NCBI GenBank assembly: GCA_964535955.1 | Contig: CAZHVK010000005.1 | Span: forward strand, 62,001-126,000 | Direction of reading: 5' to 3' | DNA from: an uncultured Methanosarcinales archaeon | Lineage (GTDB): Archaea > Nanobdellota > Nanobdellia > Woesearchaeales > CAXGTL01 | DNA length: 64,000 bases | Part shown: positions 21,837 through 31,027 of the stretch, piece by piece | Layout: the number at the start of each line of letters is the position of its first letter | How positions within the stretch are numbered: position 1 is the first letter of the stretch | Translations under genes and position numbers: made by a program | Notes under the pieces: model-generated | Told to the model about the DNA's origin: nothing | What the model saw: only the letters and a program-made list of their open reading frames with translations | The model's database searches: none

Positions 21837-23072
21837 TTATACACCCAGAATTTTTTCAATCTCTTGTTTAATCCTATTCTCAAAATCAATAACACGTTCA
21901 CCTTCTTGTTTTTCTGTTGACAAGGTTTTTATTAATCCTTTTGTTAATTCTTCTTCTTTATCAGGAAGCATGCCTTCAATTTTTATCTGGCCAATATGTT
22001 GTCTTATTAAACTTGATTCAAGAATATCTGTATCTTGTTTTTTATCTATTTTTATTTCTTCAAATTCTTTTGTTCTTAACAGAGATGAGGATTTCATAAC
22101 AAAATAAGCTGATTTTTGATAGATTTTATGGAAAATGTGTTTCCAATCAATATCATTTAGTTTACCATCTAATATACCTTTTACTCTAATTGTAACAATT
22201 GTATTAATAAATTCTTTATCTTTTATTTGCTCTAAGATTCTTTGTTTAATTTGTTCTGAGGTATGATGATTTGATTCAACTAGAATTGAATGATGATTGT
22301 AAATCCTTATTGGTTCATACCTTAGATTAATTATATTTGGATTGAATACATCTATATCAATAATATAAAAACCTCCACAGCCAAACCTTTCAAGTTCTGA
22401 GAAATTGTTTGGAAATAATGCTCCAGGATAAACAATCTTACCATAGCCATCTATGTCAAATTCTTTGATATAATGTACATGACCTGCTGCATAATAATTA
22501 AAGCCTTTTGGTAATAATGAGAGTGGTTGTGTTCTTATTTTTTCTAATTCTTTTGGTTTTAATTCGTCTATTGCAGAATGAAACATGAAAATCTTGTAAC
22601 CAGGTTCACTTTCTAGGTTTTCTGTTATGAGATTTTCATAGTATTTTTTTTCAAGCATACCTCTTTTACCAAGCATACCTGTAATCTTTGCACCTGTTTT
22701 AGGATCTATTGTAAAATTAAGTTTTAATCTTCTTCCATCTAACACATCACCATTTACAACATTGATGAGCAGGCCTGCTTTTTCAAGAACGTCTAACATT
22801 GTTTTCCCACTTGGTGAAAAATCATGGCTTCCAGGTATTATATAGACTGGAATGTTTTTGTCTTTTAATTGTCTTAATTTAATTGTAACTGTTTTTAATC
22901 TGTCAATTGCTGGAAGAGATGTATTGAATAAATCGCCTGCGATCAAGATAAAATCTACTTGCTCACTTATGCATTTGTCAATTGCTCTTGAAAAAGCTTT
23001 TAAACTAATATCCCTCAATTTTTGATCTTTCCATGATCCTATATGGCAGTCTGCCATGTGTGCGAATTTCAT
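21837..23072 (-). CDS. mre11: DNA double-strand break repair nuclease Mre11
   Basis: Metallophosphoesterase motifs 'AHMADCHIG', 'IAGDLF', 'IPGSHD', 'YYAAGHVH', 'VYPG'; co-oriented with herA. Confidence 0.9.
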   Translation of the reverse strand: MKFAHMADCHIGSWKDQKLRDISLKAFSRAIDKCISEQVDFILIAGDLFNTSLPAIDRLKTVTIKLRQLKDKNIPVYIIPGSHDFSPSGKTMLDVLEKAGLLINVVNGDVLDGRRLKLNFTIDPKTGAKITGMLGKRGMLEKKYYENLITENLESEPGYKIFMFHSAIDELKPKELEKIRTQPLSLLPKGFNYYAAGHVHYIKEFDIDGYGKIVYPGALFPNNFSELERFGCGGFYIIDIDVFNPNIINLRYEPIRIYNHHSILVESNHHTSEQIKQRILEQIKDKEFINTIVTIRVKGILDGKLNDIDWKHIFHKIYQKSAYFVMKSSSLLRTKEFEEIKIDKKQDTDILESSLIRQHIGQIKIEGMLPDKEEELTKGLIKTLSTEKQEGERVIDFENRIKQEIEKILGV

Positions 23073-23107
23073 TATTTGTTTTAAAAATACTTAATATTTA
23101 TAAAGAT

Positions 23108-23734
23108 TTAGCTACTAGAAAAATAGAATTCTAAACCATTGTTTTTTAATTCTTTACAAAAAGAAACATCTGAATGATATGTATAGCCCAAATCAGAAAT
23201 AGGTCTACTGAATGTAAATAAACCATTACTGTAAACTGTGACTTTTGAAAGCGATGAAAAATAATCCATATTTCTTATACTAACATGAGGATAAAAATCC
23301 TTTGGTTCAATTGATTCAAATTGTTCTGAAATATTCATAATTTTATTCCAAATTCTTATTATTTGACCAAGATCTGTTAATAATAAATCTTTATTTCTGT
23401 ATTTTGCTACTTTTTGTTTGCTTAAATCTGTTTGAATTGTTTGACTTAATTTATCCTTTTCTTTATTATAAATAGTATACACAATCTCACCTAAATCCTC
23501 TCCTTTAAAATGAAGTTTGTTAGGATTTTTTGGATCATGAAACTCAGATAAATAAAATTTATCAATTATTTTTCCAGAATCATCTTGAACAGAATCATAT
23601 TTTAGTATTAATTTAAGTGGTGCTAAGAGTTTAGAATCTACCTTAGCTTGGTCTAAAATAGATTCAAGATCACTAAATAAAGTACGTGTTTCAGATAGAC
23701 TATAATCAAATATTTCTTTGTCTGAATTATTCAT
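23108..23734 (-). CDS. Hypothetical protein (208 aa)
   Basis: Open frame with GGGGA RBS and its own strong BRE-TATA upstream; no recognisable motif. Confidence 0.65.
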   Translation of the reverse strand: MNNSDKEIFDYSLSETRTLFSDLESILDQAKVDSKLLAPLKLILKYDSVQDDSGKIIDKFYLSEFHDPKNPNKLHFKGEDLGEIVYTIYNKEKDKLSQTIQTDLSKQKVAKYRNKDLLLTDLGQIIRIWNKIMNISEQFESIEPKDFYPHVSIRNMDYFSSLSKVTVYSNGLFTFSRPISDLGYTYHSDVSFCKELKNNGLEFYFSSS

Positions 23735-23784
23735 TAAAATCCCCCAAATATAATGTAATTTTATTATTATTATTACTAATACTT

Positions 23785-23827
23785 TTACTACAGGCGGGTA
23801 GTTAAAGGGATATATAAAGGTTTCGGT
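23785..23827 (-). promoter_or_regulatory. Archaeal BRE-TATA promoter (ACCGAAACCTTTATATA) followed by an ACTAC-N6-GTAGT inverted repeat
   Basis: Reverse complement of 23811-23827 matches the BRE+TATA consensus; palindrome at 23787-23802 lies near the expected start site. Confidence 0.7.
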
Positions 23828-23832
23828 GATTT

Positions 23833-23879
23833 ATATAGGAAATATAGTAAATATAGAAAAAAATAGGAAAATATAGGAA
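23833..23879. repeat. Five imperfect ATATAGGAA direct repeats, 9-10 bp period
   Basis: Copies at 23833, 23842, 23851, 23861 and 23871. Confidence 0.7.
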
Positions 23880-23885
23880 AAAAAA

Positions 23886-24428
23886 TTATGAACTCAGCTG
23901 TTTTACAACATTTTTTATGGTTTCATCTTGGTAAAGAGCTAAAATAGAATCATAATCTTTTAAAATACTTCTTGTTTCTTTATCTAATAAATCTATCATT
24001 CCTGCTGCACTAGTTTGTTTGTATGTTTTTAGTTTTACTTTATCTAAAACCTTGATTAAACCATTTAGCTTGTGTTTTAAATTTATCTTTCTAAATCTTT
24101 GATATTTATCACATAAAAGCAGAAATCTCTTAAAATGAGTAATAAAATAATCAAACATTGTTTCTATATCAACTAATTGTTTTCTTGTTTGTTTTAATGT
24201 GGATTCAAATATAGGCTGGTATTTTTTTATTACTTCAACTAATTTGATAAAGAATTCTGTTACTTTTTCCCTATATTGACTTATTAATTGTTTTTGTAAA
24301 GAAACATTTGTTTCAACTAAATCTGATCTTTTAATGTACTTTATGATATTCTTTTCTTTATTAAAAATATCATCTATTAATTTGTTTACAACAGCTTGAT
24401 TTTTTTGAAGTTCTTGAAGTGAGATCAT
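23886..24428 (-). CDS. Hypothetical helical protein (180 aa)
   Basis: AGGTGA RBS before ATG; helical composition; no motif recognised. Confidence 0.65.
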   Translation of the reverse strand: MISLQELQKNQAVVNKLIDDIFNKEKNIIKYIKRSDLVETNVSLQKQLISQYREKVTEFFIKLVEVIKKYQPIFESTLKQTRKQLVDIETMFDYFITHFKRFLLLCDKYQRFRKINLKHKLNGLIKVLDKVKLKTYKQTSAAGMIDLLDKETRSILKDYDSILALYQDETIKNVVKQLSS

Positions 24429-24547
24429 TTTTTATCACCTTTTTTTTATTTTTATTTTTTTTTATGTTTATTTTTATTTTGTTTGATAAATATAAAATAG
24501 ACTTATTCTTACTTTAGAACTCACAGTTATATAAACATTTCTATGAA

Positions 24548-26110
24548 TTAAGAGTGAATTCCAGCAAAATCTGTTACTGTGTCTGATTCTTGCTTTGATG
24601 ATGTTTTTTGTTGCTTTTGTTTTTGGTTTTTAACAAAATCATCAAAAAAGGGTATCTTGATTGGGATTGCGAATTTGGAAAAGTTTGATGTAATGATTGC
24701 TTCTCCTTTGTCCAGCGAAGCAATGTTTCTGTTATCTGTGGATAAGTCTTGTGCAGCACTCTCAATAATTGCCTGGCGTTCTGGCTGCATTTCAATGCCA
24801 AGAATAATCTTTGTGTTCATATTTGCAAGGATTTGTCTTGGAATAAGGCTTGGTAATTGTGTTATTGCTGTTAAACCTACTTTAAATTTTCTACCTTCTC
24901 TTGCAATGGTTGCAAAGATATTATTTCCTTTATCTAATACATCTTTGCCAAGAACTCTTGGTGCTTCTTCAAGTACAATTGAAATAACTGGTTTTTCTTT
25001 GAGCTGGTCTGTTGTTTTGTAATATTTGTATTTTTTGAAAATTTCATTTGTAATCATACTACCAATTAAGATTTCTACTGAACCAGAAAAAGAAGAAGTG
25101 TCAATTATTACTGTTTTTCCTTGTTCGAGTTCATTGCAGATGTCTAAAATTGTTGTTTCACCTGAATAATCATATTTAAAAATACTATTTGCTACTAATA
25201 TGTTATTAGTAAATGAAAGATTTAGTAATGACATTATGATACGACGTATTACTGCAATTGTTCCGGGATGATACTCCAATGTCAATGATTTGTCAAGAAC
25301 AATTGCTTCTATCCATTTTTCACCAAATTGCCGATAATAAGAATTTAGTGCCTGTTGTTGAGGGTCTGATAAATTGATTATACCTTGAAAATGGTTTGGT
25401 CTTAGTAATTTTAAATTTATCACTAATGATTTTTGACCAGGTGGAGGTCCTTGGGTATAATATACAATTTTTTCTTTATTAGGATGATCTTTAAGTCCAA
25501 TGGTATTTCTACCAAAATATTCATCATGAGGGTCTAAAACCAAGATGCCACAATAATCTTTATCAGTACAAGTCCAAAGCAGGTTTTTTAATAAAACACT
25601 TTTACCCCTGCCTGTGGTGCCTGGAATAAGAATGTGATGAGAAAAAATCTTTCTACCGTCTAAATTAATATCCACATCAAGGCTTTTTGAACCAGACCTA
25701 AGATTTCCAAATAATAATGAATTCTTTGGTATTGTTAAAAAAGATAAATCTTTATTTGTTATCTCTCTTACTTCTGAAAAGAATTTTGGAAGTGTTTTAC
25801 AAAGGACTGCTTTATTTTTGTTCATTTCCTCACTAATAAAAATCATTGGCTTAAGCATTGCAAGATTATAATTTCTAAGCTCAGGCTCTAAAAATTTAAG
25901 ATCAGTCGACTGTTCAAGGTTTAAGCCAGAGATCAATTCTAAGTTTTGTTGAGAAATCTGAGAACCAAATAATAAATCATAGACCTGCATTAATACTTTA
26001 CCATTAGGAATATCTGCAATCAACAATTCTCCTAATTCAATCTTTTGGTCAGACTTTTGCCTAATAATAATCTTGCCAAAGTCTCCTGAGATCACCTGAC
26101 CTTTTATCAT
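24548..26110 (-). CDS. herA: HerA helicase/ATPase (HAS-barrel + FtsK/HerA P-loop)
   Basis: N-terminal 'KGQVISG' HAS barrel, Walker A 'GTTGRGKS', 'LDPHDEY', Walker B 'IVLEEA', 'AREGRKF..GL..ITQ.PS'. Confidence 0.9.
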   Translation of the reverse strand: MIKGQVISGDFGKIIIRQKSDQKIELGELLIADIPNGKVLMQVYDLLFGSQISQQNLELISGLNLEQSTDLKFLEPELRNYNLAMLKPMIFISEEMNKNKAVLCKTLPKFFSEVREITNKDLSFLTIPKNSLLFGNLRSGSKSLDVDINLDGRKIFSHHILIPGTTGRGKSVLLKNLLWTCTDKDYCGILVLDPHDEYFGRNTIGLKDHPNKEKIVYYTQGPPPGQKSLVINLKLLRPNHFQGIINLSDPQQQALNSYYRQFGEKWIEAIVLDKSLTLEYHPGTIAVIRRIIMSLLNLSFTNNILVANSIFKYDYSGETTILDICNELEQGKTVIIDTSSFSGSVEILIGSMITNEIFKKYKYYKTTDQLKEKPVISIVLEEAPRVLGKDVLDKGNNIFATIAREGRKFKVGLTAITQLPSLIPRQILANMNTKIILGIEMQPERQAIIESAAQDLSTDNRNIASLDKGEAIITSNFSKFAIPIKIPFFDDFVKNQKQKQQKTSSKQESDTVTDFAGIHS

Positions 26111-26203
26111 AATAACATTGTCAAAGACAAGTCCAGTATTTAAAGACTTATATATTGGAAAATAGAAAACTATAAAAATGAGGCAGATTATATTTCAAGT
26201 ACT

Positions 26204-26587
26204 ATGGCAAAAAAAGGATTTACAGTCCATATTGATGAACAGGTGATAGATAATTTCAGAACATATTGTAATCTTAATGCTCTCAAAGTTAGTGCTAAAA
26301 TTGAAATCCTATTAAAAAAAGAACTTAAAAATGCAAAAATTAATCCTACACTAGTTGAAATGTTTGAAAAAATATTAGATGGACAAAAAATTCTTAGAGC
26401 TCATAAATCAAATGAACAGACAAAAGTGGCAGGTTGTGTCATAGAGAATAATACAAACAAGACAGAAAGTACAGAAGACACAGAAGAAAGAAAAAGTACA
26501 GAGGAAAAGGGAAAAATAGATGAAAAATCACAATTTCAAAAAAGAGTTCCAACAATCAATGATTTAAAGAGAAGAAAAGAGATATAA
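26204..26587 (+). CDS. Ribbon-helix-helix-like DNA-binding protein with charged disordered tail
   Basis: 'KKGFTVHIDEQVIDNFRTYC......VSAKIEILL' has the strand-helix-helix pattern of RHH/CopG proteins. Confidence 0.6.
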   Translation: MAKKGFTVHIDEQVIDNFRTYCNLNALKVSAKIEILLKKELKNAKINPTLVEMFEKILDGQKILRAHKSNEQTKVAGCVIENNTNKTESTEDTEERKSTEEKGKIDEKSQFQKRVPTINDLKRRKEI

Positions 26588-26638
26588 ATCAGAAGTAAAT
26601 AATTCAGAAAACATTCAGAGAAAAAATATCCTAAATCA

Positions 26639-27349
26639 CTAATACTTTCTAGATCCTCTTTTAGATTCTATTTCTTTAATTTCTTTAATCTCTTTCATTG
26701 TGATTGAACAACCATGGAGTTTAAGACCCCAGATTACTGCATCTAGAAGTGTTCTATTAGGTCTTTTTATAGAAGTGGTTAAATACTGATCCAAGAGTCC
26801 TTGTTCGTAAGCATAGACTGCTAATTCAATTGACCTAATCATTTTTATTCCTTTTGTCATGGATTGAAGAGTTTTTAGATTATCAAAATTTATTGTAATT
26901 TTTGAATGTAATCTTTTGGAAAAGATCTTTGCCATTAATTTAGGGTTTTCAAGGATTAATCTGGTTGTTCTTTCATCAATAACAATAGCATCTGCATTGA
27001 TCTCAAGCGCAGCTGCAATTGCTTCTACTTCTGCAGAATGAACTACTTGTAAATAATTTCCTTTTATCTTGTAAATAGAATTAAATAAATCAAAGAGTTT
27101 TTGCTGTGTTTCAAAAGATTTCTTTGGAAAGACCTGGAAAATCTTTTTGTTAAAATACCTTAAAATCTGTAATGCTTCGAATTTAAATCTTTGTGATTTT
27201 AAGGGATTTTCAATTAATTCCTCATGAACTTTTCTTGTAACATAAAAATTACCATTATATCTTTTTTTTAATTTTGAAAATAACCAAAGAATGTTATTTA
27301 ATGCAAAGTTGATTACTGGTCCTGAGTCAAAGATCAATGCTTTTGTCAT
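26639..27349 (-). CDS. PIN-domain protein (DUF3368-like)
   Basis: 'LIFDSGPVI', 'VHEEL', 'HSAEVEAIA' and 'IVIDER' give the acidic PIN active-site pattern. Confidence 0.75.
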   Translation of the reverse strand: MTKALIFDSGPVINFALNNILWLFSKLKKRYNGNFYVTRKVHEELIENPLKSQRFKFEALQILRYFNKKIFQVFPKKSFETQQKLFDLFNSIYKIKGNYLQVVHSAEVEAIAAALEINADAIVIDERTTRLILENPKLMAKIFSKRLHSKITINFDNLKTLQSMTKGIKMIRSIELAVYAYEQGLLDQYLTTSIKRPNRTLLDAVIWGLKLHGCSITMKEIKEIKEIESKRGSRKY

Positions 27350-27370
27350 ATTTACACCTATTATTTACAC

Positions 27371-27928
27371 CTATTTAAACAGACTCCTTGTAAAAGCCAA
27401 CCTCTTTTTAACATTGGTTGAGATATTTTCTTTATCAAAAACCTTTGTGTGGCCCACATAATTCATTAATTCCCATCTTGTAATACCCATTAATTTGGAT
27501 GCTTTTGCAATTGACATGCCATGTTGAAACAATCCAAAACCTTTTTTTAGTTTTGCTTGGTTTATTGTTTCCTGAATATAAATTTTTAATTTTTTATCAA
27601 GAGAAGACAAAAATTTGAATAATTTGGTTATTTCTTTTCTATAAGCGCCAAAATTATCTTTTCTTAAGAAGTCTCTTGCATTAATGATGTAATCTTTTAT
27701 TTGAACTGCAAGTTTTTCATCTGCATGATACCTTTCAATCATCTTTGATAATGCATAAATCAAAACACCAATAGAAATTGCATCTGCATCTTGAAAAACA
27801 AAAGAATCATTAACAATATAAGTGCTTAATTTTTTTAGTCGTAAAGTATCTTTATCTTCTTTAACCTTTAAAATGTCAATAACTTCTTCTAATATTTCTA
27901 ACACATCTTTTTTTACTTGAGTTCTCAT
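27371..27928 (-). CDS. Protein with C-terminal UPF0175-like HTH, putative partner of the PIN protein
   Basis: 'GMSIAKASKLMGITRWELM' resembles the UPF0175 HTH. Start moved to ATG 27928 (MRTQVKK), ~25 bp below a TATA box. Confidence 0.65.
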   Translation of the reverse strand: MRTQVKKDVLEILEEVIDILKVKEDKDTLRLKKLSTYIVNDSFVFQDADAISIGVLIYALSKMIERYHADEKLAVQIKDYIINARDFLRKDNFGAYRKEITKLFKFLSSLDKKLKIYIQETINQAKLKKGFGLFQHGMSIAKASKLMGITRWELMNYVGHTKVFDKENISTNVKKRLAFTRSLFK

Positions 27929-27966
27929 AAAAAGATTTATATAGATTGACATATATAAATGTTTGC
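27929..27966. promoter_or_regulatory. 38-bp bidirectional leaderless promoter
   Basis: AAAGATTTATATA on + and AAACATTTATATA on -, each ~25 bp from a divergent ATG (27967 and 27928). Confidence 0.7.
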
Positions 27967-28938
27967 ATGGAAGAACAAAGATACCCAATAGCTGCAGCAA
28001 GGTTTTATGAATTTGATAAAGAACAATTGATTAAACAAATAGAACAATGTTTTGTGTCTAAATTTGGACCTGGAAAACTACCACAAAAAAGTAAGAGAAA
28101 GATTGGTGAAAAGAAAAAGAAAAATAAAAAGAAAAAGAAAATTGTTTCTGCAATAGTCCCGCATGCAGGTTATGTTTGCAGTGGTATGTGTGCTGCATTT
28201 GTTTATGATGAATTGTCAAAAATTAATTTTAAACCAGACACAATTATAATCATTGGTACAGACCATACTGGTAATGGTTCTGGACTTAGTTTAAAAGATT
28301 GGAAAACACCTCTTGGAGTTGTTGAAGTTGATAAGGAATTTTGTAAACTTCTTGTAAACAATTCAAAGATATCAATAAATGAAAAAGCACATTCAGATGA
28401 ACACAGTATAGAAGTCCAATTGCCGTTTCTGCAATATATTTATAATTATATTAATGGTTGTGATTTCAAAGTTGTTCCTATAACAATATCATTTGATGTT
28501 GATCATAAAAATATTGCAAAGTCTATTTTTGAGGCAATGAAAAGTGTTCAAAATCAAGATAAAGAACAAAAGAAAAATCAAGATAAAAGTAAAAATGAAA
28601 ATAAAAATTTTGTAGTCATTTCAAGTGGAGATTTTACACATTATGGACTTAACTATGGCTTTGTGCCTTTTGAAGGAAATAAGGAAGATATTAAAGAAAA
28701 TCTGAAAAGATTAGATAAAAAAGCAATTGAGTTTATTTTAAAACTGGATTCGAAAGGATTTATTGAATATCTTAATAAAACAAAAGCAACGATTTGTGGA
28801 AGATTTGGTTTTACTGTTTTGATTGAATTGAATAAATTATTAAAACACAAAGGAAGATTATTAAAATATTATACTTCAGGAGATGTTTTTAATGATTATG
28901 ATAATTGTGTGAGTTATGCAAGCTTATTGTTTTTGTAG
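27967..28938 (+). CDS. MEMO1 family protein (AmmeMemoRadiSam system protein B)
   Basis: 'R.P..A.RFY', 'IVPHAGY..SG', 'GTDH', 'W.TPLG', 'EHSIEVQLPFLQY', 'SGDFTHYG', 'ATICG', 'VSYAS'. Start moved to ATG 27967. Confidence 0.93.
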   Translation: MEEQRYPIAAARFYEFDKEQLIKQIEQCFVSKFGPGKLPQKSKRKIGEKKKKNKKKKKIVSAIVPHAGYVCSGMCAAFVYDELSKINFKPDTIIIIGTDHTGNGSGLSLKDWKTPLGVVEVDKEFCKLLVNNSKISINEKAHSDEHSIEVQLPFLQYIYNYINGCDFKVVPITISFDVDHKNIAKSIFEAMKSVQNQDKEQKKNQDKSKNENKNFVVISSGDFTHYGLNYGFVPFEGNKEDIKENLKRLDKKAIEFILKLDSKGFIEYLNKTKATICGRFGFTVLIELNKLLKHKGRLLKYYTSGDVFNDYDNCVSYASLLFL

Positions 28939-29168
28939 GTTTCTTATTATTTTTTTCATAAAATTTATAGAATTAACTACTTATTTTGGATGAACAGAAT
29001 CCTTGTTTTAGATGCTAAATTCCGCAATATTTATATATAAAAACAGTTTAAAATAACACATTAACACATACATTTAAAAAAAGAGGTCTATTTTGTATTT
29101 TAAGCATTGTTAAAAAGCTAAAAATAATAATCTGAAATAAAAAGAGGAGTAAAGAGGAGGCGATAAAC

Positions 29169-30869
29169 TTGATAATAAAAAATTTTGGTGAACTAGATAA
29201 AATATTAAAAAATACTTTTAAAAAAATAAGAGATGAAATCCAAAAAGGAGATGGTAAATTAGGCAAAGAGATTAGTAATTTTAAGAAAATTATTGAGAAT
29301 TCAAAAAAATCAATCAATTCTATTGAAAAAAATACTAAAGCATCTCTTAATAATATAGAAAAGAAAACTAAAGATTCTATTCACAATATAGAACTGAATA
29401 CTAAAAATTCTATTAAAGAAGGTGACAAAAAATTATCTGATTTTAAAAAAGAAGTAAATGCATTGAAAAGGTCTCAAAATAAAGTATTGAACGATGCTGA
29501 GAAAAAAATAAGTTCTAAAATAGAGTATGTTAACAAAACAATTGATGGGTTTAAAAAGGATTTTATCAAAGTAGTTAAAGTCATAAAAACAAAATCAATA
29601 AGTCAAGAAGTGTTTGAAAAAAGAATGAAAAATACTGATGAAAACACTAAAAAACTTGCAGTACACATAAAAGAAATAATAGAATTAAGAGATAATCTTA
29701 GTGATATCAAACAAAATAAAAGTATGCTTGCTGAATTAAGTGCAAAAGTAGGTAAATTAAGTGGTACTGCAAATGAAAGTGTTAATGAACTTAAATCTGT
29801 TCAAAGTGGAGTAAAAGAAATTAGTAAAAGAGCTGTTGATAAAGAAGAATTTGATAAAGAGATAAAAGATGTCAAAACAAGATTAGACAATGAACTAAAA
29901 GAAGTAGTAACAAATCTAAAAGAAGTCAATAAAATTAAAGATCTACAGCTTGCAGTCGGAGAAATAAGCAAAAAAGGAGCAAGTGAGGACGAACTAAAAA
30001 AATTGAAAAGTGACCAAGTTGTGATATTGAAAGATTTGAAAGAAGAAATAAGATTAATTAAAAAGGAAGTTGCAACAAAAGATTCTTTAAAAAATGAAGT
30101 AGAAAAACTAAGAGCTCAACTAAAAGAATTGAAAGTAGTTATGAGTGACTGGAACAAAAGAATAAACCAAGAGCTGAAGTTGAAATCTGAAAGCGGGAAA
30201 TTTATGAAGCAGGTTTCTTCTATTTTTGATGAAAGAAAAGAAACAAAGATTACTGAAAAAGAAGAGATTGAATTAGATCTTAAAGAGATGGAAGAAGTAG
30301 AACAAAAGCCAGGCGTACTCAAAAAAGCTGTTGATGGAATTGTTGATTTCTTTGTAGAAGATGAAGATGAGATTGTAGAGGAGGAAATAAGAAAAATTGA
30401 AGAAGTTAAAAAAAAAGCAAAACCTAAAGCGATAAAAACTAAAAAAGAAAAAAAAGTTAAAAAGAGACAGCCAAAAATTGAAATAATAGAAGAGATTGCA
30501 CAAATAGAAAAGGTTGAGGAAGAGAAGGAAGAGAAAGAAGATAAAGAAAGAATGACAAGAGATGGCCCAGGAGTATTAACAAAGATGAAAGATGGGATGG
30601 TTAATTTCTTTTTTGAGGAAGTAGACGAAGCAGCTGAAGAAGAATTAGAAAGAAAAAAAGAAAAAGAAGAGGCAAGTAAAAGAAAAATGGGTTTGGAAGT
30701 GTATGAAGCTGGAACTAGACTAGGAAAAGGCGGAAAAAAGAAAACAAATGGTTCTAGTGCTAAAGGGAGAAAAACAGGCAGTAAAAAGTTTAAAAAATTA
30801 GATAAAGATACTTTTGTAGATGATTTTGGAAAAGAAACAACTTATTATCCTGAAGATTATTTTTATTGA
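29169..30869 (+). CDS. Long coiled-coil protein with two amphipathic PGVL..FF repeats and aromatic C-terminus
   Basis: TTG start with GAGGAGG RBS; heptad-rich K/E/I/L sequence; PGVLKKAVDGIVDFF and PGVLTKMKDGMVNFFF; ends YYPEDYFY. Confidence 0.8.
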   Translation: MIIKNFGELDKILKNTFKKIRDEIQKGDGKLGKEISNFKKIIENSKKSINSIEKNTKASLNNIEKKTKDSIHNIELNTKNSIKEGDKKLSDFKKEVNALKRSQNKVLNDAEKKISSKIEYVNKTIDGFKKDFIKVVKVIKTKSISQEVFEKRMKNTDENTKKLAVHIKEIIELRDNLSDIKQNKSMLAELSAKVGKLSGTANESVNELKSVQSGVKEISKRAVDKEEFDKEIKDVKTRLDNELKEVVTNLKEVNKIKDLQLAVGEISKKGASEDELKKLKSDQVVILKDLKEEIRLIKKEVATKDSLKNEVEKLRAQLKELKVVMSDWNKRINQELKLKSESGKFMKQVSSIFDERKETKITEKEEIELDLKEMEEVEQKPGVLKKAVDGIVDFFVEDEDEIVEEEIRKIEEVKKKAKPKAIKTKKEKKVKKRQPKIEIIEEIAQIEKVEEEKEEKEDKERMTRDGPGVLTKMKDGMVNFFFEEVDEAAEEELERKKEKEEASKRKMGLEVYEAGTRLGKGGKKKTNGSSAKGRKTGSKKFKKLDKDTFVDDFGKETTYYPEDYFY

Positions 30870-31027
30870 GTTTATAGAATTAAAAAAATATAAAGAATAA
30901 ATACACAATAAAAAAAGAGGCAAAAACTAATAAGAATAAATTAATTAAAAAAAAGAATAAAAAAAGACAAAACAAATATAAAAATACAAAATAAAATATA
31001 AAAATAAAAAATTGAAAAAATAATTAT

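Noticed and set aside
29169..30869. Coiled-coil protein as the missing Rad50/SMC
   Set aside because: No Walker A/B, ABC signature or CxxC zinc hook.
30870..31027. Long A-rich intergenic tracts (also 19294-19400, 36150-36282; T-rich 24430-24480)
   Set aside because: Low-complexity spacers or oligo-U terminator regions with no defined repeat unit.
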